Of a stretch of 32,000 nt of DNA, positions 25,746 to 32,000 are shown one piece after another (positions within the stretch are counted from its first letter, which is position 1; the number at the start of each line of letters is the position of its first letter). The position numbers were made by a program, and so were the translations under genes. Source of the DNA: an uncultured archaeon (GTDB lineage: Archaea > Iainarchaeota > Iainarchaeia > Iainarchaeales > JAAZKV01); NCBI GenBank assembly GCA_964551375.1, contig CAZKBG010000001.1, positions 90,001-122,000 of the forward strand, in the 5' to 3' direction. The notes beneath the pieces were generated by a model. The model searched no databases. It saw only the letters and a program-made list of their open reading frames with translations, and was not told where the DNA came from.

Positions 25746-26567
25746 ATGGGTATTTTTGAAAATATATTCAAGGTTTATAGATTTCTTTTTGCAAGAAAAG
25801 TTTTTTACAAAGCTAATAAATTTCTCTACAGGCTCTCACTTTCAGGAATGGGAGTTTTAAATTTTGAAAATGATGCAGTGAGTGGGGAAAGATTTTTTTT
25901 AAACAGGCTATTTTTGAAAGGAAAACCGCTTGTGATATTTGATGTTGGCGCAAATGAAGGGAATTATGCTAAGATAATAAGGGATTACAGCAAGGAATCT
26001 AAGATTTATTGCTTTGAACCGCATCCAAAGACATTTGAAAAGTTAAAAAAGAACACTTCTGGATTAAACGTGACTTTAGTGAATAAGGGATGCGGTAGCA
26101 AAAAAGAGCACTGCGAGTTTTTTGACTATTCAAACTCTGACGGCACTTCGCACGCGACTTTATACAAAGGGGTAATTGAAGAGCTTCACCGCGGAAAATC
26201 ATCAAAAGTAAATGTTGATATTATCCCGCTTGACTATTATATTGAATCAGAAAAAATCAACCGAATTAATCTGCTAAAGATTGATGTAGAAGGAGCCGAG
26301 CTTTCCGCAATAATGGGCGCAAAGAAGACAATTCAGAAAAATAAAGTTGATTTGATTCAATTTGAGTTTAACTCAATGAACATTAAAAGCAAGGCATTTT
26401 TCCTTGATTTTGTAAATATTTTGCCTAATTATGAATTTTATAGGCTTCTTCCCGACGGGCTGGCTCCAATGGGGAAATATGATTCCGCGATTTTTGAAAT
26501 ATTTGCATTTCAAAATGTAGTGGCGATAAGAAAAGACATTAAAAAAGAATATGGTGAGTTAATTTGA
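25746..26567 (+). CDS. FkbM family methyltransferase (second, divergent copy)
   Basis: IFDVGANEGNY and LLKIDVEGAELSAIMGA. ATG 25746, preceded by GTGGTG, is preferred over the track's TTG 25722. Confidence 0.8.
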   Translation: MGIFENIFKVYRFLFARKVFYKANKFLYRLSLSGMGVLNFENDAVSGERFFLNRLFLKGKPLVIFDVGANEGNYAKIIRDYSKESKIYCFEPHPKTFEKLKKNTSGLNVTLVNKGCGSKKEHCEFFDYSNSDGTSHATLYKGVIEELHRGKSSKVNVDIIPLDYYIESEKINRINLLKIDVEGAELSAIMGAKKTIQKNKVDLIQFEFNSMNIKSKAFFLDFVNILPNYEFYRLLPDGLAPMGKYDSAIFEIFAFQNVVAIRKDIKKEYGELI

Positions 26568-27460
26568 ATTTAGCACCAATAGCATTGTTTGTCTATAAAC
26601 GACCTGACCATTCCAAAAGAACTCTTTCTGCGCTCAAAAATAATTTGCTTGCTAAGCAGACTGATTTGTTTATATTTTCAGACGCCCCAAAGAAAGATTC
26701 TGATATTGCTGCAGTTAATAAAGTTAGAAAGTTGATAAAAAGCGTCAAAGGTTTTAAATCAGTCAAGGTTATTAAAAGAAAACAAAATCTTGGGCTTGCA
26801 AATTCGATAATTGACGGAGTAACCTATTTGACAAATAAATATGGTAGAGTTATAGTCGTTGAAGACGATTTGTTAACCTCAAAATATTTTTTAAATTTTA
26901 TGAATGACTCGCTTGATTTGTATTCTGATGATAAAAAGGTTGCAAGTATTCATGCGTATGTTTTTCCAATAGATTCGACTCTCCCAGATACATTTTTCAT
27001 AAGAGGGGCTGATTGCTGGGGGTGGGCTACATGGAAAAGAGCATGGAAATTATTTGAGCCAAATGGACCAAAGCTCCTTTCTGAATTGAAAAAAAGGAAT
27101 TTGATTAATAGATTTGATTATGGGGGGTATGCTAATTTTAGCGAGATGCTTAAAAATCAAATTGACGGCAAGAATGATTCTTGGGCAATTAGGTGGCACG
27201 CGGCAATATTTTTAAGAGAAATGCTTACTTTATACCCTGGAAAATCGCTTGTATTTAATATTGGAAATGATGCGTCAGGGACTCATACTGATGATACAAG
27301 CGAGTTTGATGTTTTGTTGAATAATGCGCCAGTTGAGGTTAAGAAAATCGAATCAATTGAAAGTAAATTTGCTTATTTGGAATTTAAAAAATTCTTTAAA
27401 AAAAGAGTGAAAAACCCATTACATTTTTTAAAAATATTTATTGGAAGGTTAATAGGTTGA
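26564..27460 (+). CDS. GT-A fold glycosyltransferase (GT2/GnT-I-like)
   Basis: APIALFVYKRPDH (beta1), FIFSDAPK, VIVVEDDL (E-D-D metal/nucleotide motif). The TTG start overlaps the upstream TGA (TTGA). Confidence 0.7.
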   Translation: MNLAPIALFVYKRPDHSKRTLSALKNNLLAKQTDLFIFSDAPKKDSDIAAVNKVRKLIKSVKGFKSVKVIKRKQNLGLANSIIDGVTYLTNKYGRVIVVEDDLLTSKYFLNFMNDSLDLYSDDKKVASIHAYVFPIDSTLPDTFFIRGADCWGWATWKRAWKLFEPNGPKLLSELKKRNLINRFDYGGYANFSEMLKNQIDGKNDSWAIRWHAAIFLREMLTLYPGKSLVFNIGNDASGTHTDDTSEFDVLLNNAPVEVKKIESIESKFAYLEFKKFFKKRVKNPLHFLKIFIGRLIG

Positions 27461-27464
27461 TATT

Positions 27465-28265
27465 ATGTCAAAGATTAAATCTATTGCAAGAAAAGTTATT
27501 CCTCCAGTTATAATTGAATATTTAAAATCAAAGAATGCGAGTTATGGATTTTTTGGGCGTTACTCTAAATGGGCTGATGCTGAAAAAATAAGTACTGGGT
27601 ACGACTCAGAAGAAATATTCAAAAAAGTAAGAGCTTCGGCATTGAAGGTAAAAAATGGTGAAGCTGCATTCGAAAGAGATTCAATAGCTTTTAAAGAGAT
27701 TAAATATTCCTGGCCGGTTCTTTCAGCTTTAATGATTGTTTCAGCGAGAAATAAAGGGAAGTTCTCAGTTCTTGATTTTGGCGGGTCGCTTGGCAGCATG
27801 TATTATCAAAACAAGAAAATTGCTGCCCAAACAGGGCTTGAAAAATGGGTAGTAGTTGAACAAGGAAAATTTGTTGAAATTGGAAAAAAAGAATTTGAGG
27901 ATAATACGCTTAAATTTGCATATAATTTAAAAGAGGCTAAGAAACTATCTAAACCAGATATCTTAATTTTGGGAGGAGTTCTTCAGTATCTAAAATCACC
28001 TTATTCATTTCTGGATGAATTTATCGCATCAAATATTAAGTTTATATTAGTGGATAGAACCACATTTGTTTCAAATGATGAGTTTATTGCGATTCAAAAA
28101 GTATCTTCTGAAATTTATCCTGCGGAATATCCTGCATGGTTTTTTAATGAACAAAAATTCCTAAAAAAAATGTTGCAAAAGTACAAACTTGTTTATTCAT
28201 TTGACTGTGAAGATTCAATTAATATTGATGCTAAATTTAAGGGTTTTTTATTTGAAAGACGCTGA
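27465..28265 (+). CDS. Methyltransferase, TIGR04325 (LIC12133-like) family
   Basis: FGRYSKWADAEKISTGYDSEEIFKKV matches the family's N-terminal G-x-Y-x-S-W-x-E-A...GYD signature. VLDFGGSLGS is the SAM-binding glycine loop. Confidence 0.7.
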   Translation: MSKIKSIARKVIPPVIIEYLKSKNASYGFFGRYSKWADAEKISTGYDSEEIFKKVRASALKVKNGEAAFERDSIAFKEIKYSWPVLSALMIVSARNKGKFSVLDFGGSLGSMYYQNKKIAAQTGLEKWVVVEQGKFVEIGKKEFEDNTLKFAYNLKEAKKLSKPDILILGGVLQYLKSPYSFLDEFIASNIKFILVDRTTFVSNDEFIAIQKVSSEIYPAEYPAWFFNEQKFLKKMLQKYKLVYSFDCEDSINIDAKFKGFLFERR

Positions 28266-28293
28266 TAATAATGATAATGATTATGGTGGATTG

Positions 28294-29313
28294 ATGGAAA
28301 ATTATTGCACATTATTTGACTCAAACTATCTGGCCAGAGGAATTGTAATGTATGCATCTCTTGCGTCTGTTGCAAAGGATTTTCATTTGTATATTTTTGC
28401 CTTTGATGATATAAGTCTTGAAGCGCTTAGAAAAATGAATCTTGACAAAGTAACAGTTGTTTCGCTTGCAGAGCTTGAAAATGAAAGGCTTCTGGAGGCA
28501 AAGAAGAACAGGGGCAGGGGAGAATACTGCTGGACTTGTAGTTCTTCAACAATAAAATATGTTATTGAGAAATACAATGTGGATAATTGCACTTATATTG
28601 ATGCCGACATGGTGTTCTATTCAGATCCAAAAGTTTTGATTGACGAAATGGGCGATGCATCAGTTTTGATTCCTCCGCACAGATACTCAAAGAGATATCT
28701 AAAGTCAATTGTGAGCGGTAAGTACTGCGTTGAATTTGTGACTTTTAAAAATACTCCTGCTGGAATAAAAGTGCTGAATTGGTGGGTTGATAGGTGTATT
28801 GAATGGTGCTATAACCGGCTTGAAGAAGGAAGATTTGGTGACCAAAAATATCTTGATGAGTTTGAAAAGTTTGAAGGAGTTCATGTTCTTGAAAATCTTG
28901 GCGGGGGAGTAGCTCCTTGGAATATTCAACAGTATGTTCCAAGCATTAAGGAAGGAAAAGTCTTTGGAAAGGAAATTTCTTCAGGAAAAGAATTTTTGTT
29001 TGTATTTTATCACTTCCACGGGCTAAAATTTATGGAAAATGACAAAGTTGATTTGAGCTACTATCATCTTACAAAGAATGTTGTTAATCTTGTTTACAAG
29101 CCTTATGTGAAGGCGCTTGTGGAAATGGAGCAAAAATTAGTCCAAAATGGGCTTGCAAAAACTCCTAATGGTGTACCAAAAAGCCTTAATAAAAGGGAAA
29201 AAATAGTCATGTATACCACAAGAGGGTTAAATGGAAACATGAATGTGTATAGTGTAAAAAAAATGGTCGGGGATGATATTGGCAGAGATAATAAAACTAA
29301 AAACGTTCGCTGA
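28294..29313 (+). CDS. Nucleotide-diphospho-sugar glycosyltransferase (GT-A, DxD)
   Basis: The track ORF 28189.. is trimmed to MENYCTLFDSNYL (ATG 28294), because the extension overlaps the previous gene and looks non-protein-like. YIDADMVF is the DxD motif, and GDQKYLDEF is also present. Confidence 0.7.
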   Translation: MENYCTLFDSNYLARGIVMYASLASVAKDFHLYIFAFDDISLEALRKMNLDKVTVVSLAELENERLLEAKKNRGRGEYCWTCSSSTIKYVIEKYNVDNCTYIDADMVFYSDPKVLIDEMGDASVLIPPHRYSKRYLKSIVSGKYCVEFVTFKNTPAGIKVLNWWVDRCIEWCYNRLEEGRFGDQKYLDEFEKFEGVHVLENLGGGVAPWNIQQYVPSIKEGKVFGKEISSGKEFLFVFYHFHGLKFMENDKVDLSYYHLTKNVVNLVYKPYVKALVEMEQKLVQNGLAKTPNGVPKSLNKREKIVMYTTRGLNGNMNVYSVKKMVGDDIGRDNKTKNVR

Positions 29314-29641
29314 TGAACGAGGCGCTCTAACAGTAATAGATAAAGTTCTTCCTTTTGAAATAAAGAGAGTATACTATATTTACGATACCAAAGCAAGCCG
29401 AGGCGGACACAAGCACAAAAAAAATAGGCAGGCGCTGATTTCAGTTGCAGGCTCATGCCAGATAAATGTAAGAACCGAAAATGGAATGAAATCATATGTT
29501 CTTGATTCTCCAGAAAAATGTCTGATTATTGAACCAGGGGACTGGCACACAATGGATAATTTTGCAAAAGGCACCGTGCTATTAGTTCTTGCTTCCGAGC
29601 ACTTTGATAAGGATGACTACATTTGCGAGGAAAAAAAATGA
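29273..29641 (+). CDS. dTDP-4-keto-6-deoxyglucose 3,4-ketoisomerase (FdtA/QdtA/WxcM-like cupin)
   Basis: 122 aa. [12 protein letters not shown]...[20 protein letters not shown]...PGDWHTM fits the D-x-RG-x-L and RG-x-H-x-H cupin signatures of FdtA/QdtA. It overlaps the upstream gene by 41 nt. Confidence 0.8.
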   Translation: MILAEIIKLKTFADERGALTVIDKVLPFEIKRVYYIYDTKASRGGHKHKKNRQALISVAGSCQINVRTENGMKSYVLDSPEKCLIIEPGDWHTMDNFAKGTVLLVLASEHFDKDDYICEEKK

Positions 29642-30732
29642 TTGAGTACGAAAACCTCGGAAAGGCAAATGCTCCATTTTTTGCAGAATACAGCAGGGAA
29701 TTTGACAAGTTTTTGAACAGCGGATGGTATGTGCTTGGAAACTCTGTAAAGGAATTCGAGTCGGAATTTGCAAAATACAACGGCGCAAAACATTGCATTG
29801 GAGTGGCATCAGGGCTTGATGCGTTGACAATATCGTTAAAGGCTTTGGGAATTAAAGAAGGAAGCGAGGTAATAGTTCCGTCAAACACTTATATTGCGAC
29901 AATTCTTTCGATAGTAAACGCAGGACTGAAGCCTGTTTTAGTGGAGCCTGATATTAAAACTTACAACATTGATTCAAAGCTGATACAAAAAGCTGTGACA
30001 AAAAAGACAAGCGCAATAATGCCTGTTCATTTATACGGAAAAGCATGCGAAATGGATTCAATAATGGAAATAGCAGAAAAAAATGATTTAAAAGTTGTTG
30101 AAGACTGCGCTCAGGCTCATGGCGCAAAGCAAAAGGGAAAAAAAGTTGGAACATTTGGCGAGTTTGGGGCGTTTAGTTTTTATCCTACAAAAAACCTTGG
30201 CGCTCTTGGGGATGCCGGAGCGATAATAACAAATGATGACGCTCTTGCTGAAACTGCAAGAAAGATTAGAAATTACGGCTCGACGGTCAGATATCATAAC
30301 GAAGTAATAGGAATGAATTCAAGGCTTGATGAAATACAAGCCGCTTTTCTTAGGGTAAAACTTAGAAAGCTTGACGATATAAATTCGCACAAGCGCGAAC
30401 TTGCAAGCACTTACTTAAAAGGGCTTTCAAAAAAGTTCATACTGCCTTTTGTAAACTCGGACTATTTCGATGTTTATCATATATTTAATATAAGGCACAA
30501 AAAAAGAGACGCTTTGAAGGAACACATGTTAAAAGAGGGAGTAAAAACTGATGTTCATTATCCAATCCCCCCTACAAAGCAAAATGCGATGAAAGGAATT
30601 TTGGATAAATATAACTGCCCTTTATCCGATGAGATTCATGCAACCACATTAAGCCTGCCTATTTCATATTATCATACAAAAGATGACATAAAAAAAGTAA
30701 TAGATGCTGCAAATAGTTTCAAAGGTGATTAA
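29638..30732 (+). CDS. DegT/DnrJ/EryC1 family PLP-dependent sugar aminotransferase (FdtB/QdtB-like)
   Basis: [22 protein letters not shown] contains the PLP lysine in the QdtB-type context. ATG 29638 overlaps the upstream stop (ATGA). The track's 29623 start is also possible. Confidence 0.88.
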   Translation: MIEYENLGKANAPFFAEYSREFDKFLNSGWYVLGNSVKEFESEFAKYNGAKHCIGVASGLDALTISLKALGIKEGSEVIVPSNTYIATILSIVNAGLKPVLVEPDIKTYNIDSKLIQKAVTKKTSAIMPVHLYGKACEMDSIMEIAEKNDLKVVEDCAQAHGAKQKGKKVGTFGEFGAFSFYPTKNLGALGDAGAIITNDDALAETARKIRNYGSTVRYHNEVIGMNSRLDEIQAAFLRVKLRKLDDINSHKRELASTYLKGLSKKFILPFVNSDYFDVYHIFNIRHKKRDALKEHMLKEGVKTDVHYPIPPTKQNAMKGILDKYNCPLSDEIHATTLSLPISYYHTKDDIKKVIDAANSFKGD

Positions 30733-30733
30733 A

Positions 30734-31600
30734 ATGAAGGGAATAATTCTTGCAGGGGGAAGCGGAACAAGGCTTTATCCGCTTACAACAGTTTGCTCAA
30801 AACAGCTTTTGCCTATTTATGACAAGCCCATGATATATTATCCGCTTTCAGTTTTGATGCTTGCTGGAATTAAAGAAGTTTTAATAATTTCAACTCCAAT
30901 GGATACTCCAAATTTTGAAAAACTCCTTGGGGACGGTTCTCAATTAGGAATGAAAATAACTTATGAGGTTCAAAAAGAGCCAAAAGGAATTCCGCAGGCA
31001 TTTACAATTGGAGAAAAATTTATTGGAAATGACTCTGTATGCTTAATATTAGGAGACAATTTGTTTTGCGGGGAAGGATTTGTAAGCATGCTGAAAAAAG
31101 CCATGACAATTAATACTGGGGCATATATTTTTGGATATTTTGTTTCAGACCCTCAAAGATTTGGAATAGTTGAGTTTGACAAGGACCACAATGTTTTAAG
31201 CGTTGAGGAAAAACCAAAGAATCCTAAATCAAATTATGCAATAACAGGACTATATTTTTATGATAATTCAGTAGTGAAAATAGCAAAAAATCTAAAACCT
31301 TCGGCAAGAGGGGAAACTGAAATTACTGATATTAATAAAGAATATTTAAAGCAAGGAAAATTAAAAGTGGAGCTTCTTGGAAGAGGGTTTGCATGGCTTG
31401 ACACAGGGACTCCAAAATCTCTTAATGAAGCCGCAAACTATATTGAAATAATTGAAACAAGACAGGGGCTGAAAATTGCCTGCCTTGAGGAAATAGCATA
31501 TCTTTCAGGATTTATTACAAAACAACAGCTGCTTAACATTGCTGATAAAATGAAAAACAGCGAATATGGGAAATATTTGTTTAGAGTAGCAGGGGATTGA
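30734..31600 (+). CDS. rmlA: Glucose-1-phosphate thymidylyltransferase
   Basis: [18 protein letters not shown]...[17 protein letters not shown] is the canonical RmlA N-terminus. ATG 30734 is used because the track's 30704 extension overlaps the upstream gene. Confidence 0.93.
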   Translation: MKGIILAGGSGTRLYPLTTVCSKQLLPIYDKPMIYYPLSVLMLAGIKEVLIISTPMDTPNFEKLLGDGSQLGMKITYEVQKEPKGIPQAFTIGEKFIGNDSVCLILGDNLFCGEGFVSMLKKAMTINTGAYIFGYFVSDPQRFGIVEFDKDHNVLSVEEKPKNPKSNYAITGLYFYDNSVVKIAKNLKPSARGETEITDINKEYLKQGKLKVELLGRGFAWLDTGTPKSLNEAANYIEIIETRQGLKIACLEEIAYLSGFITKQQLLNIADKMKNSEYGKYLFRVAGD

Positions 31601-31605
31601 TTTTA

Positions 31606-32000
31606 ATGAAGCTATTTGTCACAGGCGGATTAGGGTTTATTGGGAGCAATTTCATTAGAAAGGTTCTTTTAGAAACAAATCATGAAGTCATAAATTTTGA
31701 TAAAGTCACTTATGCGGCAAATCCAGCTAATTTAAAAGATTTTTATGGAAATAAAAGGTATAGTTTTGTTAAAGGGGATATCTGCAATAAAGCTGATGTA
31801 AAATCAGCTCTAAAAGATGTTGATATTATTCTAAACTTTGCCGCTGAAAGCCATGTAGATAGAAGCCTTGAAGATTTTTCTCCATTTATTGAAACAAACA
31901 TAAAAGGAACCACTAATCTTTTGACTTTGGCGCTTGAATCAAAAGCAAAGTTATTTGTTCAGATTTCAACAGATGAGGTTTACGGGCAGATAATGTCCGG
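31606..32000 (+). CDS. rmlB: dTDP-glucose 4,6-dehydratase, 3'-partial (runs off the window)
   Basis: My own translation: MKLFVTGGLGFIGSNF...FAAESHVDRS...ISTDEVYG. It is absent from the ORF track because no stop codon falls inside the window. Confidence 0.9.
   Translation, partial: MKLFVTGGLGFIGSNFIRKVLLETNHEVINFDKVTYAANPANLKDFYGNKRYSFVKGDICNKADVKSALKDVDIILNFAAESHVDRSLEDFSPFIETNIKGTTNLLTLALESKAKLFVQISTDEVYGQIMS

Noticed and set aside
28189-28293. 35-codon N-terminal extension of the GT ORF (MFIHLTVKIQ...DNDYGGL).
   Set aside because: It overlaps the end of the TIGR04325 methyltransferase gene in another frame. The conserved GT-A beta1 strand starts right after Met36 (ATG 28294).
1-32000. I looked for CRISPR arrays, IS elements or transposases, integrases, rRNA, and additional tRNAs.
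   Set aside because: I saw no regularly spaced direct repeats, no DDE, tyrosine or serine recombinase motifs, and no further cloverleaf-forming segments in the intergenic gaps. The only repeat of note is the 16-nt tRNA fragment reported above.

Overview
The window is AT-rich and densely coded, and it looks archaeal, probably from a small-genome DPANN-like lineage (inference only). Evidence for this: a PAC2/Pba proteasome chaperone ending in an HbYX motif, a FlaI-type ATPase, a geranylgeranyl-reductase family enzyme, TruD, an Ogg2-type glycosylase, and a tRNA-Gln with an A1:U72 pair and no encoded CCA. TATA-like boxes also sit about 22-33 nt upstream of many start codons, which implies leaderless mRNAs. 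Layout: (i) 1-3.7 kb holds the 3' part of a giant membrane-anchored protein of unknown family that is truncated at the window edge. (ii) 3.8-7.9 kb (minus strand) holds a type IV-filament-like module with no pilin gene: an ATPase, two separate single-domain platform proteins, and a PAC2 chaperone. (iii) 8.2-12.8 kb holds housekeeping genes (DUF192, a Q/N-rich protein, a methyltransferase, Ogg, UppS, tRNA-Gln, GGR), with a duplicated tRNA 5' fragment upstream of the tRNA. (iv) 12.9-15.7 kb encodes a sequon-rich surface (S-layer-like) protein with an FN3 domain. (v) 15.8-16.3 kb is a hicB-hicA pair, followed by truD. (vi) 17.4-21.6 kb (minus strand) is a Gtr-like lipid-carrier glycosylation module (ugd, gtrA-like, GT2, GT-C). 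(vii) 21.7-32.0 kb (plus strand) is a bacterial-style surface-glycan cluster: a Wzx flippase, several glycosyltransferase candidates, three methyltransferases, and a dTDP-3-amino-3,6-dideoxyhexose pathway (FdtA/QdtA-like, aminotransferase, RmlA, partial RmlB). I saw no CRISPR array, transposase, integrase or rRNA. All family calls rest on motifs read by eye; no searches were run.
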